NCBI GenBank assembly: GCA_051294375.1
Contig: CM119265.1
Location: forward strand, 10,557,042-10,621,041
Length of the DNA: 64,000 nt
From: Paraspadella gotoi
Taxonomy: Eukaryota; Animalia; Chaetognatha
Direction of reading: 5' to 3'
Made by a program: the position numbers and the translations under genes. Below, in pieces: positions 1-16,420 of the stretch. Each line of letters opens with the position of its first letter. Within the stretch, counting starts at the first letter, position 1. Under the pieces are notes generated by a model that had not been told where the DNA came from, made no database searches, and saw nothing but the letters and a program-made list of their open reading frames with translations.

Positions 1-1654
1 TGAGGACATAGTGAAAGTCTCTGTTGGCGCTGTGTTTCACCATCGCTTGAGAAAAAGAATGCAGGGTAGGTCGAGGTTAATGTTTTAACATTTCTGGACT
101 ACAACCATCACCTTCCCACCTCACCTTCGCAAAGCGCGCAAACGTATGGCGTCCCGCAGACGACGTCTCTCAGCGCCACGTGACCCGGCTCGGCGGCGTA
201 AGAGATGCAAAAGTCGGCGCCGGAAGGAACAGTGCACGTGGAGGCGCCGCCGCGTTCTATGGGCCGTCCACCGTCTGCCACCACGCCCAAGTCTAATTTA
301 TCACCGCGACACGCTTGAAAAGATAAAAGTGTCGCGCCTTCAAAGTTACATCTCTTTTTATTGTTTAATACATAAAACTTTTAAAGACGAACCTTGAACG
401 AAAAAAAGTTTTGGTTTTCCCGCGAGATTCTCGCTCTTGTCCGGACGAAAGAGCCCAAGCACGTCTTCCATGTCAACAGGGGCGCCGTCGGTGCCGTAGA
501 CGACTCCCTCTCCGCCATGGCTGAGAATGCAGACGACTAGGGCGTCGTGTTCGTCGAGCACGTGGTGTCGACTCAGGTCGGAGAGGCGCTCGAGGATTTC
601 CTTGCCCGTCAGATTGACGAACTCCTTCACTTCGAACCCGCACCGTTCCCACAACCATCTAGAATCGGGATGATTTTGTGTTTTAAACATTTTCTCATTT
701 TCATTTTATTTTTAAAATATAATTTTCAAAATGATGATTTTATAATTAATAATTCATTAATTCACCGTAATCGTTCTGCGTCTTTTTTCGTCCCTTCTCG
801 GTTGTCGAAGGATTTGCTGCCTTCGATCGAAGTGTCACGAGAAAAGTCCTGATTGTTTATCACTACTGCGAAACCTGTGAGTGGACCAAGACTTCAAGAT
901 ACCAGTTGGAACGTTCCTCTAAGTAATTTAAACCCCTATGAACGAAATATTCGGCGCACCTAAAGGGTTCCTGTCCAAAGGGTAACAAGGAAGTTCGGAT
1001 CGCGAATCGTCTTGAACGCTGAGGGACCCGAAAGAACTGAAGAGGCCCAATTGAGGGGGAATGGAGGAAGAAGAATCCAAGGAAATAGTTTTGACCGAGA
1101 GGTCGGCGTCGCGCCGTCTCTTGGTCGACGGCAGCGTCGTCGGCGAGTGGCACCGTTTAGCAGCGCCATTCGGGCGCCACGGGTCGTGACTGGCGTTGGT
1201 TTTTTCAGCGTCGGTGGCAGCGACGAGAGATTCGCGAACATCTTCCAGCGCTTCGGCGGCGAGATTGAGTTGAGCATCTTTTAAAGCATCCAAGAGATAT
1301 TCCACAGTTCGGTCTCGTCGTTCGTATTTTTGATACCAGATCATGAGAAATTCAAAAGCCTGAATCGTTGAAGGAGCCATGGAAATAGGAACTAATCAAA
1401 TAAAGAATACGAAACAAGAAAGACATCGACACAACCTGATGGTCGACGTCGTCGGAGTTTTTGCGCCGAATCCGCTCGACGTCCGATGGTTGAACGAGAG
1501 CGAACTTGGGGTGTTGGGCCAACGTCTCCCAATGGCCGGAAAGGCGACGGGAGAGCGGGAAGAAAACCTCGTTGCGATTTTTCTCCGTCACCGGCATTGA
1601 TGAGGACCCGACAGATGCAAGCACCGGACGAGAGTCGGTAGTCACGTGACTCAT
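1..1654 (-). CDS. Caspase with N-terminal death-domain prodomain (multi-exon, 3' end runs off the window)
   Basis: Spliced exons give a death fold (LSGHWETLAQ...VERIRRKN...HQ|AFEFLMIWYQKY...TVEYLLDAL), p20 motifs (VINNQDF, ILSHGGEGVVYGTDG, KPKLFFVQ|ACRG across the intron at about 313-392) and the p10 motif ADFCISYA. Confidence 0.9.
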
Positions 1655-2147
1655 TTCGTTGCCTTTATAATGATCTCGTGACCATAGGGGAGATTGACTT
1701 TTTGATATGAGCGAATCTGGAATGTTCGCTCAGCCGATCAGACCCTCCTTGTTCTCAAATCCAGAAAGCAAATAACAGGAATCATCTCAGCAGGGGTCAA
1801 TTTTTTTCCCACCCCGGAGTCATCCGGTGTCCGTCGGTCTATAACTCAACTAGCCAGTTTCTTTTTCTTTGTATTCTAATAAAATGTGGTCGAAAACAAA
1901 AAAAATTGTTCCATATTTATTATGAAAAATTTCTACAGACTAAATGATCACAATCGATGCGGAGAACATGGAATTAGTTTCTTTTTCTCTGTCTAAACGA
2001 AGTCCGTGACAAAACTGGTGCTGGTGGTGAATTTCGGGAAAGGAAAGGCGAGAAGGAAAAGGGCGATAATTATATCCTAAGCGATGGAGGATAAGAAATG
2101 GCACACGATGTAGTGTTTTTTTTCCTTTGTCTCTGACGAAAACGATT

Positions 2148-6609
<4,462 letters not shown>

Positions 6610-6623
6610 TTACAGTTTTGGTA

Positions 6624-6814
6624 GTTTTAATTTTTTCTCCGTCGACGCAGATCAAATAAACTAAGAATAAAAATAATGCGACGGGCTTATTAGCATAATA
6701 ACTCATTAAAATACATTTGTTTTAATTTTTTCTCCGTCGACGCAGATCAAATAAACTAAGAAATAAAATAATGCGACGGGCTATTAGCATAATAACTCAT
6801 TAAAATACATTTGT
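6624..6814. repeat. Tandem duplication of about 95 bp just upstream of the RUVBL2 ATG
   Basis: GTTTTAATTTTTTCTCCGTCGACGCAG...ATACATTTGT occurs twice with small indels. Confidence 0.9.
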
Positions 6815-6892
6815 GGGTCATTGAATCTAAAATAAAGAATGGAATGAACTTCAAAAGGCAAGTACAAATCCTAATTAGTACAAAACAATTAG

Positions 6893-7788
6893 TAAGGCGT
6901 ATACAATAGAGTGGAGCACCCAAGAACAAAAAAAATTATTTGAATGTTCAAACAAGGATATTTAGATATTTAGTATGATTATTGATTAAAAATTAAAAAT
7001 TAACAAAAAATATTGTCTCGGGAACAGAATAGTAAAATATAATATATTTATAATAATATTCTTTGTGTTTTTTTCCTTTCTGTTTCGTTGTGATTTGATT
7101 TAGAACAAAGTTTGAAGAGAGATTTAACAACGATTTTTATTTCATAGTGAAACGGACATGTGAGTCGAAACATGTCCGTTTCACTATGAAATAAAAATCG
7201 TTGTTAAATCTTTCTTCAAACTTTGTTCTAAATAATATTCTTATAAAATAAATTTTAAAAATATTTTTTAAAAACTTTTAATAAAGATTCAGATTCTTCA
7301 TAAAAAGTTGAATCAAAAATACAAACATATTATCAAAAATATTATCATTTTCAGCATTTAAAACGAGAAAAAATGTAAAAATTTGTGACTTTTTATTCTC
7401 TGTAGTAAAAATTAATACAGAAGGCTTTATGAAATTGGTATTGATATAATAGTTTGATCGGAACCGATTCTTGGTTCAGAAAAACGAAATATAAAGCCTT
7501 CTGTATATGTTCATCATTTTTTACGGTCTAAACATTAAAAGATCATAACATATTTAATAAAAATTTGTTAGTTTTTTATGGCGAATCCAAATCCTTTTTA
7601 AAAATAAAAAAAATATTTTAAAATTTAATGATTTCATAATGATATTACTACATAAATAATTGAATTTATTATACTGTTATGCTAAAAAAATTTTTTAAAG
7701 GATTTAAAATTCGTTAATTACATGTCCATAAGCAGCTAAAAAATAATGTTCGATCACTCAATCTTTTCAACACTCCACCCTAGTATAC
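6893..7788. mobile_element. Diverged MITE related to the TA-AGGCGTAG family, interrupted by a fold-back insertion
   Basis: Starts TAAGGCGTATACAATAGAGTGGAG and ends with inverted CTCCACCCTAGTATAC. The internal GATTC...CATAAAAAGTTGA motif is shared with the 24.6, 31.5 and 48.1 kb copies. Confidence 0.55.
7052..7242. mobile_element. Short fold-back Penelope-like insertion with the 3' half of a hammerhead
   Basis: Arms of about 63 bp (7099-7161 / 7170-7232), centre GAGTCGAAACATGTC, a one-sided tail of about 35 nt, and a 12-bp direct repeat AATAATATTCTT at 7052 and 7231. Confidence 0.75.
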
Positions 7789-8090
7789 AAGGAAAATATT
7801 CAAAAGTAATTGTAAATCTAAAATCCAAAATCAATAAGTACCGCTGAAAAGAGTAATTTAATAGATTTAAATTAAAACTAAGCAATTGGTTACAAAAAAT
7901 AACCATTAACCAGGGAATCACAGATTATAATTTATAATAATCGTAAAGCCAATTATATCATTCACTTCGCAAAATTATGAAGCTTTTTGATCGGTTGTCT
8001 AGTTCTTATTAGTAGTAATAAGTACAACTCGCTACAATTAATTTTCAATTATCAAATCGTAGGAAATCTAAGACAAACTCTTGGAATTTT

Positions 8091-9632
8091 TCAGCCTCTT
8101 TTCTGAACAATCATCTTGTAATTGACGGGTGAATAAATGGTCCCTTCCTCCTCACCATCCAACGTTGGAGGATTCTGCGGGTCCTCCATGCTAAAGTTGA
8201 ATTTGCTTAACATAGAAACGGCGAATATGACCAACTCCAGCTTGGCAAGCATCTCCCCCAAACATCTTCGTTTCCCGAAAGAAAACGGAATAAAATTGGG
8301 ATTCTGCACCACGGCCTTTTCCCTTGGGTCCAACCAGCGTTCCGGACGAAAGTTGTCCGGATCTCCCCAATTTTTCTGGCACGTGTGCATGTAGTGAATA
8401 TTGGCGAAAAGGATGGCGTTTTTGGGCACGAAGTAACCTCCAACGGTGGTGTCTTGTTTGGCTCGGTGTGGAACCGACAGCGGAACTATCGCGCTGACTC
8501 GTTGTGCCTCTAGGATAGTGGCGACCGTGTAAGGAAAATCCTTCAAAGGGGACATCGTAGACAAATCGCCGTCGGGGCCCAAGACGTGATCAATTTCCTC
8601 GTGGCATTTCTCCTGAATGTTCGGAAACCGAATCATGTACAATAAAAACCAACTGAGCGTCGTCGCCGTCGTATCGGTCCCGGCGAAGAACAATTCGATG
8701 ATTATGGCTTTGATTTTGCCGGAATCGATAGAGGACGACGAATCTTTGGACTCCATTTTTTGAAGGCAGAGATCAATGAAATCGCGCGGGGAATTTGCGT
8801 CGAAGCTTTCTTTGTGCTTCTCTACTTCCGCTTCAATAAAACGTTGAATCAACCCGACCTTTTTGAGGACTTCCCTCTCTATTTTTTTGGACGAAGGCAA
8901 AGAGTTGACGATGGGAATCCGGCTGCGAAATATGTTACGTCCGAGAACGTATTTGATCGCGTCGATCGTTTCTGCGAATTTCTGGTCGTTATGATCGAAC
9001 CTGTCGCCAAATACGACCTGACATATGACATTGGACACAGACTTGTAAAGCGCGGTCATGTGAAAGTCGCTGGGAATTTTTTTCTCAGCGACTTCGTCGA
9101 ATTCTTGAACGAGCAAGGCGGCTTCGGCGACGATGGAGGCCTCCATGGATTTACCCTTCAGGCCAAAATCGAGCATGGAGTGGAGGGTGAGTTGCTTCAT
9201 CTCTTTGTACTCGGCTCCAAAATCCGAGGAAATCACTCCGTACTCTTTGAACACGCGTCTGTCCTCTGGGGTGATCGAGCGAATACGATCTGACAAGATG
9301 TCCCCTTTAGTCGAAAACGCCTCCTTAATAACATCCATTTCGTTGAGCAAAATCATTTGGAAGGGACCAAATTTAATTTGTGTTATTTTACCAAACTTTG
9401 TAGGAAGTTTGAATAATAATTGCCTGCGCCTTGTTTTTGAGAAAAAATCAAAAACTATGGAAATGCTTCCCAAAATCGGAAAACGGAATGGGCCAGGAAT
9501 TGATTTTGCGCCTTTTCTACCCAAATTGGTCAACATATGAAGAGAGCAAATAAGTATAATCGCAAATATCAAAATTTGCAGTCCCGTTGACTGCAAATAG
9601 CCATAAATCAGTTTAAATGTTTTTTCTATCAT
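8091..9632 (-). CDS. Cytochrome P450, CYP2 clan, single coding exon (513 aa)
   Basis: N-terminal TM, IPGP hinge, FFAGTDTT I-helix, EAQR, PERW, heme motif FSFGKRRCLG. Confidence 0.95.
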   Translation of the reverse strand: MIEKTFKLIYGYLQSTGLQILIFAIILICSLHMLTNLGRKGAKSIPGPFRFPILGSISIVFDFFSKTRRRQLLFKLPTKFGKITQIKFGPFQMILLNEMDVIKEAFSTKGDILSDRIRSITPEDRRVFKEYGVISSDFGAEYKEMKQLTLHSMLDFGLKGKSMEASIVAEAALLVQEFDEVAEKKIPSDFHMTALYKSVSNVICQVVFGDRFDHNDQKFAETIDAIKYVLGRNIFRSRIPIVNSLPSSKKIEREVLKKVGLIQRFIEAEVEKHKESFDANSPRDFIDLCLQKMESKDSSSSIDSGKIKAIIIELFFAGTDTTATTLSWFLLYMIRFPNIQEKCHEEIDHVLGPDGDLSTMSPLKDFPYTVATILEAQRVSAIVPLSVPHRAKQDTTVGGYFVPKNAILFANIHYMHTCQKNWGDPDNFRPERWLDPREKAVVQNPNFIPFSFGKRRCLGEMLAKLELVIFAVSMLSKFNFSMEDPQNPPTLDGEEEGTIYSPVNYKMIVQKRG

Positions 9633-10164
9633 CTTCCCTCTTAGTGTTTTCTGAATTCTGAAGCCAAAAAAATGAAGTGTCGCACGATAATTAGAGATTT
9701 AGTAATCTAACAAAGAAATCATTCGTAATAAATTACAAGATTTAAGGTTCTCCCATCAACAAGATTCAACAAACAATCAAATAAAATTAGCCAAAAAAGA
9801 AAGCTTGAGATCATTAGTGTACCAAGCAGTAAATAATAAGTAGTCACTAGTCAATGTTACCACTCGATAAGAATTCATAAAAATAGTATAAAATTGATAA
9901 TAACCTTGCGCTAACAATTTTTTAAAAAAATTATATCAGGTTTACTAACATGCTAAAAAAATTATATCAGGTTTACAAACATGTTTCTCATTTTATTTGA
10001 AACGTCGTTAAGTTTTACGCGGGTGCAAAATTTGGTATAATCGACCAAAATTATCGACAAATCATTTCTAAAAAATTAAGATAAGCATTAAAAAAATTGC
10101 GTGAAATTTTTCTCAGTAAAACAATCTCATTGGTAAATGATTTTTTGATTCTTTAAGATATGAT

Positions 10165-11721
10165 TTAATTTCGAATTTCCATCAACATTTCAAATGGAAT
10201 CGGGGAATGCACCAAACCCTGACCCTTAATAGGCGGAGGATTTTTCTCGTCGACCGCACGAAACCTAAACTTTTTCAACAACGAAATACCAAAGATAAAG
10301 TACTCGGCTTTGGCCAAATTCTCGCCCAGACACTTTCGCTTCCCGAAGGAAAACGGGATAAAATTGGGATTCGATATCAACTTTGTCGGATCGGTCGGGT
10401 TCAGCCATCGATCCGGATTAAACTTTCGTGGAGATTCCCACTTGGTGGGATCGTGATGCAGGTAAGCTATGTTAGCAAAGACGAGACAACCCGCCGGAAC
10501 TCGATAACCCCCGACGCAAGTCTCTTCTCTCGCCACGTGAGGTAACGATGCTCCAGCAATGCAAGAGACACGCTGGACCTCATACAACGTGGCGAGGGTA
10601 AATGGAAAATCCTTTTGGATCATGGCGCTGGTCACCTCTTCGTCATTTCCCAGAATTTGATCCAACTCCTCTTGGCATCGCTGCTGGGTGTCGGGAAACC
10701 GAATCATGTACAGAAGGAGCCACGACAAAGTAGCGGAAGTCGTGTCGGTGCCAGCGAAAAAAAGATCCATAATAATTTTTCGGATATTTTCGATCCCAAT
10801 GGAGGATTTTCCCGAGCCAGAAACGGCGGCCTGCTTCAAAGCAAGATCCACGAAATCTCGAGAAGAATTCTCGTCGAAGTCAACCTTGTGACTTTGAATC
10901 TGATTTTCGACGAAATCAAGGATGTTTTTTAGATGAAACAGCTCCTGTTTTTTTATTTCCTTAAAGTGGGGAAAGTACTTGGCAAAGGGAATACGACCGA
11001 TCAAGTTACTACGTTTGAAAAAGAAAAACCGAATCCCTTTTACAGCTTTGACAAACTCCGCATCTTGGTAATCGAATCTGCGTCCAAACACAACGGAACA
11101 AATGACGTTGGAAACAGCGACGTGAACCAATTTTTCGTGGATGTTGGTCGGGCGACCTTCGCCGGCTTCTTTGCGAAATTCATCGATCAAAAAACTCGCC
11201 TCGATGGAGGCGGTCTCTTCCAAAGTTTTCCCACCGAAACCAAAATCCTTCATCGACTGCAAAGTCAAAAATTTTCTCTCTTTAAACTCTTTGCCGTAAT
11301 TGGCGCTGCCTAAGCCTTTCCCTGTTCCAATGATGTGATCGATATCAGTCAACTCTTGACTATCGAATCGACGATCGGACAAGACCTCCGCCTTGTTCAC
11401 GAACGCTTCCTTGATGATGTCCAAGTCATTAAGCCATATTAACATGGACGAACCAACTCTGAAGAAAACCATTTTACCATATTTTTCCGGGAGAGAAATT
11501 CGAAGTTCGTGACGTCCATCGGACAAAATGTCGCCCAAGACTGAGACGGAGCCGAAAAGGGGAACACTCAACGGACCCGGAGGTAGAGGGGGGCGCGTCG
11601 ATGAGGATGAGCGACGAATCATCCAGAGAAAGGAAACTAGCAAGAAAAGTCCGGCGAAGACGAGCTGGAGATGGAGCGACAACCGGAACCCGGTTATGAA
11701 ATCGAGCCCCGTTCCTAGCAT
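10165..11721 (-). CDS. Cytochrome P450, CYP2 clan, single coding exon (518 aa), tandem paralogue
   Basis: PPGP, FFAGTDTT, EVQR, PDRW, FSFGKRKCLG. Confidence 0.95.
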   Translation of the reverse strand: MLGTGLDFITGFRLSLHLQLVFAGLFLLVSFLWMIRRSSSSTRPPLPPGPLSVPLFGSVSVLGDILSDGRHELRISLPEKYGKMVFFRVGSSMLIWLNDLDIIKEAFVNKAEVLSDRRFDSQELTDIDHIIGTGKGLGSANYGKEFKERKFLTLQSMKDFGFGGKTLEETASIEASFLIDEFRKEAGEGRPTNIHEKLVHVAVSNVICSVVFGRRFDYQDAEFVKAVKGIRFFFFKRSNLIGRIPFAKYFPHFKEIKKQELFHLKNILDFVENQIQSHKVDFDENSSRDFVDLALKQAAVSGSGKSSIGIENIRKIIMDLFFAGTDTTSATLSWLLLYMIRFPDTQQRCQEELDQILGNDEEVTSAMIQKDFPFTLATLYEVQRVSCIAGASLPHVAREETCVGGYRVPAGCLVFANIAYLHHDPTKWESPRKFNPDRWLNPTDPTKLISNPNFIPFSFGKRKCLGENLAKAEYFIFGISLLKKFRFRAVDEKNPPPIKGQGLVHSPIPFEMLMEIRN

Positions 11722-12191
11722 TTTTTTTATGGATCGTGAAATCTCTAGGCGACGTTAAGAACAAAAAATCATAATTTGATAATACGATTCTACAACTAAA
11801 AATACTAAAAACGAACAAGAATAAAATGAGGATTCAAAAAGTAAAAAGTACGGATCTTAACGATTTTAGAGATAAGTGGTTAGAATAAACTGGAAATTTC
11901 TGCCAAATTATGTGGTAAATTGTCTATAGTAAATTGAGAGCCGTAAAAAATATACTAGCGTCGCGCCGACATTAAAATTTAAGGCGGAATAAAGTCAAAA
12001 CTAAAGCAATTCTGCAAATCTAATTCATTGACCCGTATAGTAAATTATTGAAAAATGGAAAAAACATTTAAAATTATTGCGATAGTTTAGCCACGGAAGC
12101 TAATATATTACAGAATTTCGTCAAACATTTCATCTTCAAAGATTTGAATTAAAATTTGCCGCCGTTCACGGGACCAAAAAATAACGCAATA

Positions 12192-12235
12192 TGATTGGCT
12201 GAGGGAGTCGAAAAAAAAGAAAATAACCAATAGGA
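12192..12235. promoter_or_regulatory. Pair of oppositely oriented CCAAT boxes upstream of the P450 pair
   Basis: GATTGGCTGA and AACCAATAGG about 30 bp apart, about 0.5 kb upstream of the ATG at 11721. Motif evidence only. Confidence 0.3.
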
Positions 12236-12786
12236 ATCATTTTAGAATTAGACAGCTGTAGGAGAAAAATTTCTGAAATCCGAAAATCGTTTTTATTTTG
12301 AAAATATTTTAAAAACATTTTATACTCTCCGGCGTAATAAAGAACAGCCTAAATTAAAAAAAAAAAAAAAAGAAACACGTAAACTCGAGAAGCGGCGCCT
12401 CGTCCCTTGTCAATCCTTCGAAGCCAATGCCTCTCTGATCTTCCAACATTCCAACGTTTTGGCTTACTTCAGGTAAAACTATTTTATTATGTAGAGAGAT
12501 TATAGTTAAACTTGTACGATCTCTTGTGTGATTGTGCGTTTTTCGAAAGGGGAGAATCCGAGCAAAAAAAATAAAAACGTCGCCGATCGAAGAACGGGTT
12601 TTTAAATGTAAAGTTGAAAGAGAAATATTATGATTTTGCTCTTGGTGATCCGTTCTTCGATCGGCGACGTTTTTTACTTTTTCTCTCGGATTCTCTCCTC
12701 TCGAAAAACGCACGATCACGCAAGAGATCGGTGACGGACTTTTGCAGAGTATATAAAAACAATTATTGATCCTAAACGCCTTTTAA

Positions 12787-13128
12787 TAGATTTGCGGGCG
12801 TGAAATCAAAGGATATTTCACAGTAAAATTAGTTCGTTTATTGACTTTTTTGGTTTAACCGGCTAAATTTTGCTTTCGCCGACCGCGGTTTTGGCGGCTT
12901 TTGAAAAACAACTTGAAAATACTTAATTTTAAAAAAAATTAAAAAAAAAATTAAACCCAATTACCCTAAACCCATTTAACCCTAATACCCCTAACCCTAA
13001 ACCACCCCTAAACTACCTAACCCTAACCACTCCATAACCCCGGTTGGCGAAAGTAAAAGTAACCCATTTAACCTTTCCTTAACTAGTTTTACTGTGAAAT
13101 ATACTTTTATTTAATGGCCACAAATCTA
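12787..13128. mobile_element. MITE with long TIRs and an internal degenerate (TAACCC)n tract
   Basis: TAGATTTG...TATTTCACAGTAAAATTAGTT versus AACTAGTTTTACTGTGAAATA...CAAATCTA; inner inverted repeat CTTTCGCCGACC / GGTTGGCGAAAG; related internal segment inverted at about 20220-20390. Confidence 0.7.
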
Positions 13129-13906
13129 GCACTCAAATGTTACCCATCCCGTGTAAGTTTGACGAGGGTCTAGAATTGGCATTTTAACGTTATAATAAAG
13201 TGATTAATACTTTCTTAACTCCTGGCAAAATTCCCCCACGGAAAGGGAATTAATTTTTTCTCAACGTTACCGGGACTCAACTTCCGCGTCTCCAGATCGG
13301 ATGAATCGATATTCCGATGACCAAAAAGTTACAGAAGATCGAAGAGAGAAAGGTAGTAGATGTAGATTTGAACTGCATAAATTTTGTATATTTTGTATAT
13401 TTTGTTATATTTAGTATTCAGTTGTACTTATTACCAGTATCCTTTAATTAACAGAAAGAGAGAGAGAGAAACTTTACATCTCTCTCCCTGCACATGATTA
13501 CCTTATTAATTATCTTTAACTTCTACCGAGTATGGATCAAGAAAAGAAAATTGGTATGTCACGTGACCTCTTTCAGCCAATCAGAATGCGAGAAAATTGT
13601 GATTTGAAGAGTTTCGTTATTTGGACAAAGAAATGTCTCCGTGTGTGATACTGAAAAATATTTCTAAATTTTTTTTAGGCAGATGAGAAGATTGTATCAT
13701 GGGCCATTTGAAATATATTGCGGAATCGTCCCTATTATAAATTTAAGTTAATTTTGGCCCGACAAGGAAAATCCGTTCTTTTTAAATAACAATCATCAAT
13801 CAAAACAAACAAAAACAGAATTATCAAAATAATCTGGAAACTCCAGGAATTTATTCGAGCAGTATCACTAGTTATACCCGCTTCATTCTCATCGATAGCG
13901 TCGTTT

Positions 13907-15089
13907 TCAACGTCCGCTCCCCACCTCCTCGTCCGGACAACAATAATACTCGACGAAGGAGATTTGTCCGTCTTCGTTCTTGATGAGAAACTGGAAGGAG
14001 AGGAATCCACGGAAGTCGGTGCGGACGGAGACCTTGTCTGCGACGGCCAGGGCGCGGATGCAGGGTTTGATGAGGGAGATGCGGTATCGATGCGACGCCA
14101 TCTTCCCGCAATAAAAGGCTGAATAGAGGCGACGATTGCACGTTGAAATGGAAGCTTAATCAAAATTCATCGTCTCACCTTCGATCATATCAGAATCTTG
14201 AGGAAAATCCTGTGTTGATGACCCGGCGATACCGAAAGTAGATAACCTGACAAATTTTAAATTACCAATGATTTTTTTTTTGGGCAATATGAAATATAAT
14301 TTTTTTAAAAAAATTATTTCTCTCGATGGCAAAGTTTGTCTTCGTTTTAGCGAAAAGAGAAGAACCTGAAGTAAGGATCCTCTGGAGAGATTAAAATCTC
14401 TAAAAGCTCAGATGTCATGTCCAATTCGCTGAAGGCGGCCTTGAGGCATTCAGCCTTCATTATCACTTTGCTGCAAATATTTGTCGAGTTAAAGTCAAAG
14501 TCTAATATTTCTGAAGGTTCCATGGTTTTTAGCCAACACTCTGTGACCACTCCAGACTCCTAAGCCAATATAAGTACTAAATTAAATATTTAATAGTAAA
14601 ATTAAAAATAATAATTATTAATCTCATTAACCTCCAACATCAATTCTAAAGGATGCCCATAACCGCGGTAAAACATCCTCAGTGCAACTGGAGAGCCCGA
14701 CGCATCTGGTTTCCCGAACATGTTGAGACAATCCAAGAAAACGGAGAGATTCACGCGAAACGTCACCTGCGAATGGATCAATAAAAAAAATAAACGTATT
14801 TTGCTCGACGATCGACTGGTGCACAGAGAATCACAGACTCCCAAAGCACCTGATCTTGCTCGAGCTGAAAGGGATGAAAGAGTGAGGCTTGCAGAAAGGC
14901 GTTTCCTTGCATGCACTTGGCCTCCTCAACGATTACTTTCAGTCCATGGGAGGAGGCACAGATCATAGCGTGGTCCTTAAAGTGGACCGCTTGAAGAATG
15001 TTGGACAAAATTCGCGCATTCTCCATCCCAGTAGCCAGAACATTGTCGTCGGTCAAAGCGTCGTTGGTCTTTTGCGACAATCGAGCCAT
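13907..15089 (-). CDS. RAD1: Cell cycle checkpoint protein RAD1 (9-1-1 clamp), multi-exon
   Basis: NARILSNILQAVHFKD, GLKVIVEEAKCMQGNAFLQ, LDCLNMFG, YRGYGHPL, FSELDMTSE, ISFVEYYCCPDEE. Confidence 0.95.
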
Positions 15090-15714
15090 CGTTTGGTTCT
15101 AGACAAGCAATTACTTCAGTTTTTCAACTTTTCTCGTTTACAAACATTGTTTACCGTTTGAACGGATGGAAACAAAACTGTAAAATTTTAAAATATAAAT
15201 AATAGCAACATGGGAAGACAAGCATAAACATGATCTGAGATAAGTAAAACGCGTAATATTAAAAATCAAGTGTCAAGTTGTTAAAAACAATATTTTTTTT
15301 CGGAAAATCAGACTCAAGTGAAACATGGGACTTAACAATCAAAACAATCGTTAGATGAAAGAAAAGGCGTATGACAAATATGTTTAAGAAAAAAAAGTTA
15401 AAAATCTTAAAGTATAGTGTTCTCGCCAAAGAAAATTAAGGAAAAAATACTATATTTTAATTTGCATATTGCAGTAAATCATAATGAATTGGAAATTCAA
15501 AAAAAAAAAATATTTGAGTCAATATAATACAAAGAAAATGTACGCACATTTCAAATGCCTCACTTATGGAACTTGATAACTAGATACATTGTTTGGTAGT
15601 TAAACCATAAACCTACAAAAAAAAGATAGAAATTGTTTATTATTATTGTAATGGCTTCTTAAGAGAAGTAGCGATCGAGAATAGGAGTGGTTCAACCTAG
15701 ACTAGGATGCGATG

Positions 15715-15930
15715 ATAGTTACTCACTGATATTGATGAGCGATAATGTTGATGATACCAACAATATGATGATAGTCATTCACTGATTTGAAGAGAGTCAT
15801 TCATTGATGTGATGATAATCATTCCTTGATGCGATGATAATCATTCACTGATGCGATGATAATCATTCACTGATGCGATGATAATCATTCACTGATGCGA
15901 TGATAATCATTCACTGATGCGATGATTACT
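15715..15930. repeat. 22-bp minisatellite (CATTCACTGATGCGATGATAAT)n, degenerating leftwards
   Basis: About four near-perfect units at 15840-15927 plus diverged units. Confidence 0.9.
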
Positions 15931-16420
15931 ATAGTCTATCCGCTGCAGAACTAAACTATTCTTTAAGCGAATCAGAAGAGGCAGCGCCTGACAAAAGAAA
16001 AAATATATATATAATTTAAAGAAATAAAAGAAAGACAAAAAAAGTCACAACCGTTTAAAATTAGAAATTGTTACTTTTTTTCGTTTAGAAGTTGTAAAAT
16101 TTAAAATTTAAACATAGCTTCCCATCAAAAAGGTCTTTTAAAATCACGTTTTATATAGTATTCTATATAAAAATTTGCATATTATAAAAATTTGCATATT
16201 GCAGTAGATCATAATGAGAAAGAAATTCAAACAAAAAATACTTAAATCCATATGAAACATGACAATTGCAAATATTTGAAAGATGAGAAGCCATATCTAA
16301 ACTTTTAAATCGCATACGTTTATAAAAATCCATCGTAATTCGTAGTTTTATTAAAAAAAAAAAAAATTGTAAGAAACAAGGAAGGTGTTACTTATCATAT
16401 CATTTAGTCCTTATAGTTTA

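Noticed and set aside
13557-13592. GTCACGTGAC plus CCAAT as a defined promoter, and a plus-strand gene at 12.4-13.4 kb
   Set aside because: Short motifs only, with no coherent ORF or linked gene start.
15715-15930. 22-bp repeat array as a CRISPR or tandem hammerhead array
   Set aside because: Units are contiguous with no unique spacers. CTGATGCGA is not the CTGANGA core and no GAAA or stem II follows, so it is an ordinary minisatellite.
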